Positions 42,842-53,392 of a DNA stretch of 64,000 bases are shown one piece after another. The DNA comes from an uncultured Alphaproteobacteria bacterium (lineage in GTDB: Bacteria; Pseudomonadota; Alphaproteobacteria; Bin95), in assembly GCA_938083135.1 (NCBI GenBank), contig CALLKY010000012.1, forward strand, positions 986-64,985, read 5' to 3'. A program made the position numbers and the translations under genes. The notes under the pieces are model-generated. The model made no database searches and was not told the origin of the DNA. It was given only the letters and a program-made list of their open reading frames with translations. How positions within the stretch are numbered: the first letter of the stretch is position 1; each line of letters starts with the position of its first letter.

Positions 42842-44080
42842 CTACTCTGCGGCTTGCGCAGCGGGCGCATCATCGTCAGGTGAGCCCCCGGATATACTCA
42901 AAGGCAAATCCACGGGTCTCTCATACAGGCCGAGTATCGGCAGGATCACTAGGAAGTGCGCGAAGTAGTAGGCTGTCGCAAGCTGGGAGATCAGCACCCA
43001 TGGCGGTTCCGCCGGCATCGCGCCGCAATACCCCAGCAAAATGCAATCTGCCAGGAACACCCAGAAGAAGATGAAATAGACGGGGCGGAATTTGGCGGAG
43101 CGGATCGGCGACCGATCAAGCCATGGCAGCACGAACAGCACCGCAATAGCTGCGAACATGGCAAGCACGCCAAACAGCTTATCGGGTACGGCCCGCAGAA
43201 TTGCGTAGAACGGCAGGAAGTACCATTCCGGCACAATGTGCGATGGCGTTACTAGTGGGTTGGCCGGAATATAGTTATCCGGGTGCCCCATATAGTTCGG
43301 CGCATAAGCGATAACCGCGACAAAGATTGTCAGGAATACGCCGAGGCCGAACAGATCCTTGATTGTGTAGTACGGGTGGAAGGGGATGGTGTCGCCCTTC
43401 TTCTTGATGTCGATACCCAGCGGATTGTTGGAGCCATGCTGATGCAAGGCTGCCAAATGCAGGATCACGACGCCCGCAATCGCGAATGGCAGCAGGTAAT
43501 GCAAGGAGAAGAAGCGGTTTAGTGTCGGGTTATCAACACCGAAGCCACCCCATAGCCATGTCACGATGTACTCACCAATGATCGGCAGGGCCGAGAACAG
43601 GTTGGTGATAACGGTCGCGCCCCAGAAGCTCATTTGGCCCCAAGGCAGCACGTAGCCCATGAATGCGGTCGCCATCATCAGCAGCATGATGACAACGCCC
43701 AGGATCCACAGAATCTCGCGCGGCGCTTTGTATGAGCCATAGTAGAGACCGCGGAACATATGGATGTAGACCACGATGAAGAAGAACGACGCGCCGTTCA
43801 TATGGATATAGCGGATCAGCCAACCGAAGTTCACGTCGCGCATGATGCGTTCAACGGAATCGAAGGCATAATCGATGTGCGCGGTGTAGTTCATTGCCAG
43901 CACGATGCCGGAAACGATCATGATGCCCAGCACGATGCCTGCGAGACTACCGAAGTTCCACCAGTAATTCAGGTTCTTCGGTGTCGGGTATTCATGCAGC
44001 TCGTGGTGCATCATGGAGAAGATCGGCAGGCGGTAATCTACCCACTTGACGATCGGATTGCTGAATTCAGGATTGCTCAT
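42842..44080 (-). CDS. petB: cytochrome b
   Basis: [13 protein letters not shown]...[12 protein letters not shown]...[13 protein letters not shown] are canonical cytochrome b segments. Confidence 0.95.
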   Translation of the reverse strand: MSNPEFSNPIVKWVDYRLPIFSMMHHELHEYPTPKNLNYWWNFGSLAGIVLGIMIVSGIVLAMNYTAHIDYAFDSVERIMRDVNFGWLIRYIHMNGASFFFIVVYIHMFRGLYYGSYKAPREILWILGVVIMLLMMATAFMGYVLPWGQMSFWGATVITNLFSALPIIGEYIVTWLWGGFGVDNPTLNRFFSLHYLLPFAIAGVVILHLAALHQHGSNNPLGIDIKKKGDTIPFHPYYTIKDLFGLGVFLTIFVAVIAYAPNYMGHPDNYIPANPLVTPSHIVPEWYFLPFYAILRAVPDKLFGVLAMFAAIAVLFVLPWLDRSPIRSAKFRPVYFIFFWVFLADCILLGYCGAMPAEPPWVLISQLATAYYFAHFLVILPILGLYERPVDLPLSISGGSPDDDAPAAQAAE

Positions 44081-44091
44081 CTGTTTCCGCC

Positions 44092-44655
44092 TCAGCCGAT
44101 CTTAATTTGCGTGTCGGACAGGAATTCGTATGGCGGCACCGGCAGGTTCAGTGGGGCCGGGCCTTTGCGAATGCGTCCTGACGTATCGTAGTGCGAGCCA
44201 TGGCAAGGGCAGAACCAACCGCCATATTCGCCTTTTGCGTCACCAGCCTTCTGGCCAAGCGGGATGCAGCCCAAATGGGTGCAAACGCCAACCAGAACGA
44301 GCCATTCGTCTTTGCCGTCCTTGACGCGCTCATCATCTGCTTCTGGATCAATCAGGTCATCCATCGGCACAGCGCGGGCTTCAGCGATCTCTGCTGCCGT
44401 ACGCCGGCGGACAAAAACAGGCTTGCCGCGCCATTTGAACGTGACGGACTGGCCTTCCTCGATGGGCGCAAGGCTCACCTCAATGGAAGACAGCGCCAGC
44501 GTATCTGCGGCTGGGTTCATTGAATCAATGAACGGCCAGACCGCCGCTGCAGCGCCAACGGCACCCATTGCGCCGGTCGCCATGTATAAAAAGTCACGAC
44601 GACCTTCATCGACATCGCCATGGCTATCGTTTGTTTCGTGCGCCGTATCGGGCAT
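44092..44655 (-). CDS. petA: ubiquinol-cytochrome c reductase Rieske iron-sulfur subunit
   Basis: It has a Tat-like RRDFLY motif and the Rieske boxes CTHLGC and CPCHGSHY. Confidence 0.95.
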   Translation of the reverse strand: MPDTAHETNDSHGDVDEGRRDFLYMATGAMGAVGAAAAVWPFIDSMNPAADTLALSSIEVSLAPIEEGQSVTFKWRGKPVFVRRRTAAEIAEARAVPMDDLIDPEADDERVKDGKDEWLVLVGVCTHLGCIPLGQKAGDAKGEYGGWFCPCHGSHYDTSGRIRKGPAPLNLPVPPYEFLSDTQIKIG

Positions 44656-44835
44656 GCGCGCAAATCCCCACACTCTAATAAGATGTCTCTGGGATAGACC
44701 AAAACAATGCCCAAACCCAAGGCAGCCATTGACTTAAGCGTCAATATGACGCGCAACTTCACTGGGCGCTAGAGGCGGCGATTTTGCTGTAGTTTCGCAG
44801 GCCTGACACGGACTGATTCTGGAGCTTAATCCACA

Positions 44836-45300
44836 ATGCGCATCGCCCTTTGCCAGCCTGATATTCCGCAGAACGCGGGGACGATCTTGCGGCTAGGGGC
44901 CTGCTTTGGCGTTGGCGTTGATCTGATCGGGCCAATGGGATTTGTGGTGACAGACAAGCGTCTGCGCCGTGCCGGTATGGATTACCTGGACCTTGCTGAT
45001 ATGCGCCAGTTTCCAAGCTTCGATGCCTACCTGGCCCAAGTTGAGGGCCGGATGGTGCTGTTGACGACCAAGGCCGAGGCCACCGCGCACGAATTCCTTT
45101 TTCAGGCAGATGATGTGCTGGTCCTGGGCAGCGAATCGTCCGGTGCGCCACCAGAGGTGCATGCTGCAGTGGATGCTGCGATTCGTTTGCCGATGCGCCC
45201 GGGCGCTCGCTCGCTGAATGTCGCCTTGGCAGCGGCCATGACACTGGGGGAGGCGCTTCGGCAAACTGGCGGCTTGCCGCTTAGCCCGCCCGTTGATTGA
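44836..45300 (+). CDS. trmL: tRNA (cytidine/uridine-2'-O-)-methyltransferase TrmL (SpoU family)
   Basis: 154 aa with MRIALCQPDIPQNAGTILRL, LVLGSESSGAP and RSLNVALAAAM. Confidence 0.85.
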   Translation: MRIALCQPDIPQNAGTILRLGACFGVGVDLIGPMGFVVTDKRLRRAGMDYLDLADMRQFPSFDAYLAQVEGRMVLLTTKAEATAHEFLFQADDVLVLGSESSGAPPEVHAAVDAAIRLPMRPGARSLNVALAAAMTLGEALRQTGGLPLSPPVD

Positions 45301-45374
45301 TCCAGATCATGACGCGGGCGGCATATCCCGCGTACAACAAGTGCAGCCTGATACCGAATCGGAGTTGACTCCCA

Positions 45375-46274
45375 ATGTCTCTGCCTGACGCCGAAACCGT
45401 CGCCCAACATAAATCTGCCGCCAGCCAATGGTTTGAGGCGTTGCGCACGCGCATCTGTGCGGAATTTGAAGCGATTGAGGATAGTCTTGCGACCGGTCCG
45501 CATCAGGACCTGGCACCCGGCCGGTTTTCCCGCAAAGCCTGGGAACGGACTGCGGTCAACGATGATGCGAGTTCCGGTTCCGGCGGCGGCGGTGTCATGG
45601 CGACCATGCGCGGGCGTGTATTTGAGAAGGTTGGCGTCAACGTATCCACGGTGCATGGCCAGTTCTCGGATCAGTTTCGCGGGCAAATTCCTGGTACTGA
45701 GGATGACGCTAGTTTCTGGGCAAGTGGCGTATCGCTGGTGGCGCATATGCGGAACCCACATGTTCCCGCAGTACACATGAACACCCGCCATATCGTGACG
45801 GGCCAAGCCTGGTTCGGCGGTGGGGCTGATCTAACCCCGATATTCCCGGAAAATCATGCGGACGATGCCGCAAGCTTCCACGCAGCACTGCAATCTGCAT
45901 GCGATAGCGCGAATCCTAGCTACTATCCGCGCTTCAAAGAATGGTGCGATGAGTATTTCTACCTGCCGCATCGCGATGAGCCGCGCGGCATGGGCGGCAT
46001 TTTCTATGACAAGCTGGACACCGGCGACTGGCACGCAGATTTCGCCTTCACAAAATCCGTGGGCGAGGCATTCTTGGATATTTACCCACGCATTGTCCGC
46101 TCCCGGATGGATCAGCCATGGACTGATGCGGACAGGGAAGGGCAGCTCATCAAGCGTGGGCGGTATGTTGAATTCAATTTGCTGCATGACCGGGGCACTA
46201 AGTTCGGCCTTATGACCGGGGGCAACACGGAAGCGATTTTGATGTCCATGCCGCCGGAAGCGAAGTGGCCGTAA
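45375..46274 (+). CDS. hemF: oxygen-dependent coproporphyrinogen III oxidase
   Basis: The matching segments are [45 protein letters not shown] and [18 protein letters not shown]. Confidence 0.95.
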   Translation: MSLPDAETVAQHKSAASQWFEALRTRICAEFEAIEDSLATGPHQDLAPGRFSRKAWERTAVNDDASSGSGGGGVMATMRGRVFEKVGVNVSTVHGQFSDQFRGQIPGTEDDASFWASGVSLVAHMRNPHVPAVHMNTRHIVTGQAWFGGGADLTPIFPENHADDAASFHAALQSACDSANPSYYPRFKEWCDEYFYLPHRDEPRGMGGIFYDKLDTGDWHADFAFTKSVGEAFLDIYPRIVRSRMDQPWTDADREGQLIKRGRYVEFNLLHDRGTKFGLMTGGNTEAILMSMPPEAKWP

Positions 46275-46311
46275 CTGGCTGTAGCTGTGGATAACTTGAA
46301 AGATCGGCCAT

Positions 46312-46341
46312 AGACCCCGAATCGGGAGATTCGTAGGGTCT
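46312..46341 (+). other. extended stem-loop downstream of hemF
   Basis: AGACCC-CGAATC-GGGA-GATTCG-TA-GGGTCT forms a 12-bp stem with a 2-nt bulge and a GGGA loop. No T-tract follows. Confidence 0.4.
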
Positions 46342-46401
46342 GCCGCATTCGATTCGGGCGCAGATGCACATGCCTCTGCCTTCAAGGACGCTAAACGCTC
46401 C

Positions 46402-47352
46402 ATGGCTGAACGCACGCCTTCTTTTGAGGCCCTGTCCCCCCGCTTTCAGGGGTTTGACGCCTATTTCGCGACAGAGATCGCCCCAGATGCTCCCGCACTG
46501 GCGCCGCGCGCGTCTGAGAAGCGGCGCCTGTCTTGGCGGCTGAGGGCATTGTTGGCGGTTGCTGTGGTGTATCTAGCGACAGCGCCGTTCGTGTTGATTT
46601 TCATGCCGGAAGGCGCGGCCCAATTCAGGCCCTGGGTTATCGTCAGCTACTTCATTGTACTGCCGGGCGTATTGTTTGGGCTGCTGTCGCCTGCTGATGC
46701 CGAAACACAATTGGCCGTCGCTGCAGATGTATGGGGTGCCGCCCGCCGCCGGATTGCAGCATTCTTTGGCTTTGAGCACGCCCCACCGCCTGAAGCAGAA
46801 GCCTTACGCAAGTTTGTTGAGCTTTGCCCCGCCCCTCCCGCCGCCAGCGCCTTCGTCGCCCATGAGCGGATTGTCGGCCGGATCAAGGCCGGTCCTGCTG
46901 CTGGCGTCGTGGTTGAACTGGTTGAGGGTGTGATTGGCGATAAACCGGCAGCCATGGCGGCGCTTCGGTTTGGCGGCCCGGCATATGGCGTTGGCGCATT
47001 GCTTGATGACCGGATCGATGGCGTCGATAGGCGGGGGCTAGAGAGCCTGCGCTGTGACTTGCCACCGGGCTGGCGGCACCTGACAGCATATGCCGATGGT
47101 GCGACAGTTTCTGAGCGGCTGACTGCAACGGAAACGCTGTCTGCGTTCGCTGAAATTCGGGATGCGACGGCGGCAGAAGCCGTCAATCTGGCACTGGTGG
47201 ACGATTCGGCAAAGATGTACCTGGCCCTGACAGCCCCCGTTTTCGTGACGGGAGAGGCCACACCGAACGCAATGTCTGTTAGTCACGCGTTGCACGACTA
47301 TGATGCGCTCGTGCGGATGGCTGAAGCGCTTCGGCCCATGTTTGCGCATTAA
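46402..47352 (+). CDS. hypothetical membrane protein (possibly DUF3137-like)
   Basis: 316 aa. It has two predicted TM helices (LRALLAVAVVYLATAPFVLIF and WVIVSYFIVLPGVLFGLL) followed by a soluble Ala-rich domain. The family call is from memory only. Confidence 0.45.
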   Translation: MAERTPSFEALSPRFQGFDAYFATEIAPDAPALAPRASEKRRLSWRLRALLAVAVVYLATAPFVLIFMPEGAAQFRPWVIVSYFIVLPGVLFGLLSPADAETQLAVAADVWGAARRRIAAFFGFEHAPPPEAEALRKFVELCPAPPAASAFVAHERIVGRIKAGPAAGVVVELVEGVIGDKPAAMAALRFGGPAYGVGALLDDRIDGVDRRGLESLRCDLPPGWRHLTAYADGATVSERLTATETLSAFAEIRDATAAEAVNLALVDDSAKMYLALTAPVFVTGEATPNAMSVSHALHDYDALVRMAEALRPMFAH

Positions 47353-47517
47353 ATCTTTGTAATATCGCGAATAAGTGAGCCGCTAGGGATTGCATCCGTA
47401 GCCCGATGCCCGAATTTTGACGCATTGTCCCCAGATGACCTGGGGGCAAGCGCGATTCAATGGTTGCGGATACCGGGGACGCCCCCGTAAATTACAACAT
47501 CTAGGATGTGAGGACGT

Positions 47518-48156
47518 TTGATGCGGAATATGTTGAAGGCTGTCGCAGGCGCTGCCACGCTTTTTGCGGGCGTAATGTTCGCCGTGAGCCCAGCTCTCGC
47601 GGAGCCGCCCCCGGGCGAAGCGACCACGGCTGTCGAGATTAGCGATCAGGACGTTTTCTACGGCAGCGCTGATGCGCCTGTCACAATCGTAGAATTCGCG
47701 TCCCTGACTTGCCCGCACTGCATGCGCTTCCACACAGAAGTGATGCCGAAGCTGAAAGAAGGCGTGATCGGTGAAGGCAAAGTGCGCCTGATCTATCGCG
47801 ACTTCCCGCTGGACGGTTTGGCGCTTCGGGCGTCGGCCCTAGCACGTTGTGGCGGCCCGGAACGTCGTTTGGCAATTTTGGACCTGCTGTTTGAATCACA
47901 GCCCGTATGGCGCAATTCCCAGGACCCGCTGACGTCCCTGGCGCAGATCGGCAAATTGGCTGGTCTTAAGGAAGAAACATCCCGCGCCTGCATGGAAGAT
48001 AGGGGCATGTTCGATCAGATCATCGCTGAAGCCCAGATTGGCGAAACTCAGCATGGCGTGCGCTCCACGCCAACGCTGATCATTGGCGAAACCCGCTATG
48101 GCGGCGGTCTGACGGCGGAAGACATCACCGACATCGCCAACCAGATCGCAAAGTAA
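47518..48156 (+). CDS. DsbA family thiol:disulfide oxidoreductase
   Basis: It has a signal peptide and the active site CPHC within EFASLTCPHCMRFH. Confidence 0.85.
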   Translation: MMRNMLKAVAGAATLFAGVMFAVSPALAEPPPGEATTAVEISDQDVFYGSADAPVTIVEFASLTCPHCMRFHTEVMPKLKEGVIGEGKVRLIYRDFPLDGLALRASALARCGGPERRLAILDLLFESQPVWRNSQDPLTSLAQIGKLAGLKEETSRACMEDRGMFDQIIAEAQIGETQHGVRSTPTLIIGETRYGGGLTAEDITDIANQIAK

Positions 48157-48184
48157 CAGGGGCCGGTCAGGCGAAGGGGGCTGA

Positions 48185-51100
48185 ATGGCGAATATCGTCA
48201 AGCTGCGGATGGCCGGCTTCAAATCCTTCATGGAGGCGGCGGAGTTTGGGATCGACACCGGTTTAACCGGCGTTGTCGGCCCAAACGGCTGCGGCAAGTC
48301 TAATGTCGTTGAAGCCTTTCGCTGGGCGATGGGGGAGACCTCGGCCAAGCAATTGCGCGGCGGCGGCATGGACGATGTGATCTTCGCCGGTGCGGCTGGC
48401 CGCCCTTCGCGGAACCATGCCGAAGTCTCCATCAGCATGAGCGATCCTGACGGTGAATTCCCCATGCCGTGGGTTGGCCAGACCGAAATTGAGATATCCC
48501 GAAAGATCGAACGCGGCGGTGGATCCACCTACCGGGTGAATGGCCGCGAAACCCGTGCGCGGGACGTGCAGACACTGTTTGCAGATCTGGCGTCTGGTGC
48601 GCGATCAGCGGCGATTGTCAGCCAGGGCCAGATCGGTGCGTTCGTTATTGCGAAGCCTGAACAGCGCCGGGCTATCTTGGAGGAAGCGGCTGGCGTTGCC
48701 GGTCTCCGCGCACGCCGCCATGAAGCGACGCTGCGGTTGAATGCAGCGGAAGCGAATCTCGAGCGGCTGGAAGACGTGCTGTTGGGGTTTGATAACCAGT
48801 TAGATGCCCTGCGCAAGCAGGCGCGACAGGCGGGCCGGTTCCGCAGGCTCTCTGATCTCATTCGCGCGGCAGAGGCATCCGCATTCATTGCCCGGTGGCG
48901 CATTGGCGAATCGGCGCTGGCTGAAGCGGCAGAGGGCGCAAAGGCGGCAGAACGCGCGGTTGCAGAGGCCGTGGCTGCGTCCGCCGCTGCTGAGCGCTTG
49001 GCGACTGAGGCGGCGGCTGCTCTCCCTGCTGCTCGCAAAGAAGAAGCTGAAGCCGCCGCCGGGCAACAGAGATTGCGGATCGAGCTTGAACGTATCGAGG
49101 CCGAGCGCCGCCGCCGGGCAGACGCCCGCGCCGCCGCCAAGGACCGTTTGTCTGACGTCGCGCGGGACAAAGAGCGTGAGGAAGCGCGCAAACTCAACGC
49201 CAAGTCTGCTCTTGAACGATTGGCCGAGGAATCTGTCGCGTTGGATGCAGCCGCTGCGGAATTGGCCGATCCCACTGGTCTGGACGCCCGTATCGCAGCA
49301 CAAAGCGAAGACGTAACGGCGAAAACCCGCGCCGCCAATGCTGCTGCCGATGCAGCGGCATCCTTAGAGGCCGTCCTGCGTGCCGCGCAAAACGCGCGTC
49401 AGGATGCTGCGACCCGTGCTGCGCGCGCCGCTCATGCCGTATCAGAAGCTGAGCGCGCCCACGCTAAGGCCTTGGCTGCTGCGCCCTCAGAAGATGCGAC
49501 CAAAGCCGCCGCGGAGGCTGAAGCTGCTGCCCGCGCCACGGTCGAACGTCTACAGACCGCAACCGAACAAGCCCGCGCTGCCGCTGAAGCTGCACGCGCT
49601 CTGGCGGCTGATGCGCGGGACGCCCGTGCAACGGCTGATCAAGCCCGTGCTGGCCTCGCCGCTGAAGTGAAGACACTCTCAACCCTGCTCGCCAAAGGCA
49701 AGGCCGCTGCATTTGCCCCTGCGGTGGATCACATGCGCGCTGCATCGGGATATGAAACTGCACTCGGTGCAGCCCTTGGTGATGATCTTGAAGCAGCGCT
49801 TGACCCCGCCGCGCAGGAGTTCTGGGTAGAACGGAAGGCTGCCGGGACCGATGCGTCGCTTCCGCCAGGTGGGGACCCATTGTCTCAATTTGTCGATGGG
49901 CCAGCGGCCCTGAAAGCCAGGCTGGATCAAACCGGTGTGGTGGCCGACCAAGCGGCTGGCGCAGCACTCGCGGATAGGCTGGCTATGGGGCAGCGGCTTG
50001 TTTCCAAGGATGGTGCCGTGTGGCGGTGGGACGGGTTTACCCGTCAGGCTGGTGCCGAAACATCCGCCGCGCGCCGCCTGGCGCTGCAGAACCAATTGAA
50101 AGCGGCTGAGGCCAGCTTGGCAGAAGCTGCCGCCAGCGCTGACGCTAGCGGTGCCAAGGCGAGTGAAGCCATTCAGGCTGCGAAATCTGCTGAAGCACTG
50201 GAACGTGAGGCATCTGAGAAGATTCGCTCCGCACGCCGGGATGCGGAAACCAGAGCAGCTGAACGCGGACGGCTTGAACGTGCGGCCTCTAGCCATGCTG
50301 CTGGCCTGGCCGCAAAAACAGAAGCGCTCGCCCGTGACCGGCAACAGGCCGAAGAAGCGCAGGAAGCAGCAGCTGCGATTGAGGCTAGAGCAGCGGTCGC
50401 AGAAGACCCCACCGCAGCAAAAGCCGAGGCCGAACGCCTGCGCGGTGAGGCCGGTGCCGCCCAAATCGCGCTTGCCGAAGCCCGAGCAGAACGCCAGCGC
50501 TTGGAATCGGCGAAGAATGCAAACGCATCCCGTCGCCAAGCCGTCGCTGCAGAAGTCCGCCAATGGCGCGAAGCAGAATCTGCTGCGTCCGATATGATTC
50601 AGGCACTTTTGAAGCGTGCGGAAGATGCCGAGGCCGCAATCGCCAACGCCGCTGAAGGTGACGCTGGCGAAGATCAAAAGCGGGCTGGACTACTGGACGC
50701 GCTTGAGCTTGCAGATGCCCGCCGACGCACCCTGGCGGATGCGCTGGCGAAAGCGGAAGCTGACGCAGTGACTAAGGCGGCAGGTGCGCGCGCGGCGGAG
50801 TCTGCTGCGGGCTCAGCGCGGGAAGCGCGGGTTGGTGCCAATGCCCTGGTCGAGCAGGCGCGCAAGGCCGTTCAGGCGTTGAAAGAACGTATCGAGGAGC
50901 GGCTCGATGCAACCCCGGAAGACCTCGCCGAGATCGCAGGCACGGACCCGGAAGCCGTGAGCGGCGATTTGGATGCGCTGGACCGCAAGGTAGAGCGCCT
51001 GCGTCGTGAACGCGAAACCATGGGTGCGGTTAATCTGCGCGCCGAAACAGAAATTGAAGAGATCGAATCGCAATCCGGAACCATCCGAACCGAGCGCGAG

Positions 51101-51646
51101 GACCTAACCGCTGCTATCGCCAAATTGCGCCGGGGCGTGGCGGAGCTCAGTGGTGAAGCGCGCCAACGTATCCGTGCAGCGTTCGATCAAATCGACGCCG
51201 AATTCTCAACCCTGTTTGTGCGCCTGTTTGGCGGCGGCAAGGCGCGGTTGGCGCTGGTCGGGTCTGATGACCCGCTGGAAGCTGGGCTTGAGATCATGGC
51301 CAGTCCACCCGGTAAGTCACTGCAAACCCTATCACTGCTTTCCGGTGGTGAGCGCGCTTTGACGGCGCTGGCGCTGGTGTTTGCCGCGTTCAAAGTGAAC
51401 CCAAGCCCAATTTGCGTGCTTGATGAGGTTGATGCGCCGTTGGACGATTCGAACGTCGACAGGCTCTGCACCCTTCTGGAGGAGATGGCGGAGAGCGGGC
51501 ACACGCGATTCTTGGTCGTCACCCATCACCGCATGACCATGGCGCGTATGCACCGGCTCTATGGCGTTACCATGCCTGAGCGGGGCGTTTCGCAGCTTGT
51601 TTCGGTTGATTTTGACGCTGCCCAGGCGATGCGCGAAGCAGTCTGA
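48185..51646 (+). CDS. smc: chromosome segregation protein SMC
   Basis: Walker A is GPNGCGKSN. It has very long Ala/Glu/Arg coiled coils and a hinge. The C-terminus carries LSGGERALTALAL and CVLDEVDAPLD. Confidence 0.95.
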   Translation: MANIVKLRMAGFKSFMEAAEFGIDTGLTGVVGPNGCGKSNVVEAFRWAMGETSAKQLRGGGMDDVIFAGAAGRPSRNHAEVSISMSDPDGEFPMPWVGQTEIEISRKIERGGGSTYRVNGRETRARDVQTLFADLASGARSAAIVSQGQIGAFVIAKPEQRRAILEEAAGVAGLRARRHEATLRLNAAEANLERLEDVLLGFDNQLDALRKQARQAGRFRRLSDLIRAAEASAFIARWRIGESALAEAAEGAKAAERAVAEAVAASAAAERLATEAAAALPAARKEEAEAAAGQQRLRIELERIEAERRRRADARAAAKDRLSDVARDKEREEARKLNAKSALERLAEESVALDAAAAELADPTGLDARIAAQSEDVTAKTRAANAAADAAASLEAVLRAAQNARQDAATRAARAAHAVSEAERAHAKALAAAPSEDATKAAAEAEAAARATVERLQTATEQARAAAEAARALAADARDARATADQARAGLAAEVKTLSTLLAKGKAAAFAPAVDHMRAASGYETALGAALGDDLEAALDPAAQEFWVERKAAGTDASLPPGGDPLSQFVDGPAALKARLDQTGVVADQAAGAALADRLAMGQRLVSKDGAVWRWDGFTRQAGAETSAARRLALQNQLKAAEASLAEAAASADASGAKASEAIQAAKSAEALEREASEKIRSARRDAETRAAERGRLERAASSHAAGLAAKTEALARDRQQAEEAQEAAAAIEARAAVAEDPTAAKAEAERLRGEAGAAQIALAEARAERQRLESAKNANASRRQAVAAEVRQWREAESAASDMIQALLKRAEDAEAAIANAAEGDAGEDQKRAGLLDALELADARRRTLADALAKAEADAVTKAAGARAAESAAGSAREARVGANALVEQARKAVQALKERIEERLDATPEDLAEIAGTDPEAVSGDLDALDRKVERLRRERETMGAVNLRAETEIEEIESQSGTIRTEREDLTAAIAKLRRGVAELSGEARQRIRAAFDQIDAEFSTLFVRLFGGGKARLALVGSDDPLEAGLEIMASPPGKSLQTLSLLSGGERALTALALVFAAFKVNPSPICVLDEVDAPLDDSNVDRLCTLLEEMAESGHTRFLVVTHHRMTMARMHRLYGVTMPERGVSQLVSVDFDAAQAMREAV

Positions 51647-51713
51647 GTTACAGGCGGGAATCACATGCGACAACAGGGCGCCCCATGAACCGCCTTAGAA
51701 GTGTTCCAGAAGC

Positions 51714-51743
51714 TTGACACTCCTTCGGCTCGCTGCCTAATGT
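51714..51743 (+). promoter_or_regulatory. sigma70-like promoter candidate for the atp F0 operon
   Basis: TTGACA (51714-51719), an 18-nt spacer and TAATGT (51738-51743) lie about 75 nt upstream of atpI. Confidence 0.35.
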
Positions 51744-51818
51744 CCGCCCGCTTGGCCGCAATAGTGGCTATTTGCGCGTGCTTATGTATTTAAGGCCTTC
51801 CACAGGGATGATCGGGCC

Positions 51819-52172
51819 ATGGTCGATGACCAGCTTGATAAACGCCTTAAAGACCTGGGCAAGCGCGTAAAAACAGCCCAAGCGAAACGGGCAGAGCGAA
51901 CCGGGGCGAGCGGCGGTGGTCGTGGCAAACCGGCAGAAGGCATGGCGGTTGGTGTTCGTATCACCGTCGAGATGATTGCGGGATTGGCTGTCGGCGTCTG
52001 CATTGGGCTGTACGCGGATAAGCAATTGGGCACGGCACCGTGGCTTCTGATACTGGGCTTTTTGCTCGGGGCAGGCGCTTCGTTCGCCAATGTGTTGAGA
52101 ACGGCGCGGGAGTTGGACGCGCGGCAGGCGAGAGAACGCCAGGCCGCCATCGACCGCGCAAGAGATGAATGA
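51819..52172 (+). CDS. atpI: ATP synthase protein I (AtpI/AtpZ family)
   Basis: Small two-TM protein (VEMIAGLAVGVCIGLY...WLLILGFLLGAGASF) directly upstream of atpB. Confidence 0.75.
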   Translation: MVDDQLDKRLKDLGKRVKTAQAKRAERTGASGGGRGKPAEGMAVGVRITVEMIAGLAVGVCIGLYADKQLGTAPWLLILGFLLGAGASFANVLRTARELDARQARERQAAIDRARDE

Positions 52173-52185
52173 GTGAGGGGCGACA

Positions 52186-52944
52186 GTGGCGGCAGCAGCA
52201 GACGGACACGGCGGCGGCGGCGGACTTGATCCGCTCCACCAGTTCGAAATCTACCCGATCCTGTCGATCAATATCGGCGGATACGATGTCTCGTTCACCA
52301 ATTCCTCTTTGTGGATGGTGATTGCGGCAGTCGTTGCCTATTTGATTATCAGCCGCGGTGTCGGTGCTGGATCGCTTGTACCAACGCGCATGCAAGTCGT
52401 TGCTGAAACACTCTATTCCACCGTCGCCAACATGGTGCGGGACAATGTCGGCGATGCTGGCAAGAAGTATTTCCCATTCGTCTTCACACTCTTCATGTTT
52501 GTGCTCTTCGGCAATCTGCTGGGCATGATCCCGTATTCATTCACGTTCACGAGCCATCTGGCCGTGACGTTCGCTATGGCTGCAACGATCTTCGTGACGA
52601 TCACGATCATCGGTATTATGCGCCACGGCCTGCACTTCTTCAGCCTGTTCTTCCCAGCTGGTGCGCCTCTGGCGACTGCGCCGATCCTGATCCCGATTGA
52701 GATCATCTCGTATCTCTCGCGTCCGGTCAGCCTTTCGGTGCGTCTCTTCGCCAATATGATGGTTGGCCATACGCTGTTGAAGGTTCTCGGCAGTTTTGCC
52801 CTGATGATGGGGGCTGCTGGCATCCTGCCGCTCGGCCTTCTGGTCGGCATTACGGCGCTAGAGTTCCTTGTGGCCGCACTGCAGGCCTACGTGTTCACGA
52901 TCCTGACGTGCATTTATCTGCACGATGCGATCCACCTTCACTAA
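52186..52944 (+). CDS. atpB: F0F1 ATP synthase subunit a
   Basis: It has PVSLSVRLFANMMVGH, with the essential Arg, and the C-terminal QAYVFTILTCIYL. The start is GTG. Confidence 0.95.
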   Translation: MAAAADGHGGGGGLDPLHQFEIYPILSINIGGYDVSFTNSSLWMVIAAVVAYLIISRGVGAGSLVPTRMQVVAETLYSTVANMVRDNVGDAGKKYFPFVFTLFMFVLFGNLLGMIPYSFTFTSHLAVTFAMAATIFVTITIIGIMRHGLHFFSLFFPAGAPLATAPILIPIEIISYLSRPVSLSVRLFANMMVGHTLLKVLGSFALMMGAAGILPLGLLVGITALEFLVAALQAYVFTILTCIYLHDAIHLH

Positions 52945-52984
52945 ACCCTTTCTCAAAAATAACGTTTAATTAGGAGTAGATGAC

Positions 52985-53209
52985 ATGGAAGCAGAAGCTG
53001 CAAAGCTGATTGGCGCGGGCTTGGCCGCGATTGGCATGATCGGTGCTGGTATCGGTGTCGGTAACGTTTGGGCGAGCTACATCACCGCCCTCGCTCGGAA
53101 CCCAGCCTCTAAAGCCGAAATTGGCGCAAACATCTGGATCGGCTTTGCCGTGACGGAAGCTATTGCGTTGTTCGCGCTCATCGTCGCGCTAATTGCGCTG
53201 TTTGCTTGA
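52985..53209 (+). CDS. atpE: F0F1 ATP synthase subunit c
   Basis: 74-aa hairpin protein with GAGIGVGNV...ARNP...FAVTEAIALFAL, which carries the essential carboxylate. Confidence 0.95.
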   Translation: MEAEAAKLIGAGLAAIGMIGAGIGVGNVWASYITALARNPASKAEIGANIWIGFAVTEAIALFALIVALIALFA

Positions 53210-53392
53210 TTGAATGACGGCCCGCTTAGCCGGATGTGCTTTGTCGCCTCCGGCCAAGTGGTCGATTGTTCTTTCCGCCTTGTAGGGTGGCCCGCTTTTG
53301 CGGTCTGCCTAATCCAAAGCGTTTGCGACTAAAGCAATGGCGTGTAATGGGCGAAACAGCTCGTTGCCAGCCATGCTGATAGGGGACCCGCG

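Noticed and set aside
44728-44745. Palindrome ATTGAC-N6-GTCAAT in the petA/trmL divergent region, considered as an FNR/FixK box controlling the bc1 operon.
   Set aside because: The FNR/FixK consensus is TTGA-N6-TCAA. Here TTGA and TCAA are separated by 8 nt, so the spacing does not fit. It may still bind some other dimeric regulator, but I cannot support a specific call.
48800-51100. An apparent repetitive Ala/Glu/Arg-rich region that could be mistaken for tandem DNA repeats.
   Set aside because: It is the coiled-coil arm of SMC. The periodicity is compositional (heptad-like protein bias) and not an exact nucleotide repeat.
53214-53285. 23-codon ORF (MTARLAGCALSPPAKWSIVLSAL) in the atpE to b' spacer.
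   Set aside because: It has no Shine-Dalgarno sequence, is very short and has no recognisable features. It is more likely non-coding.
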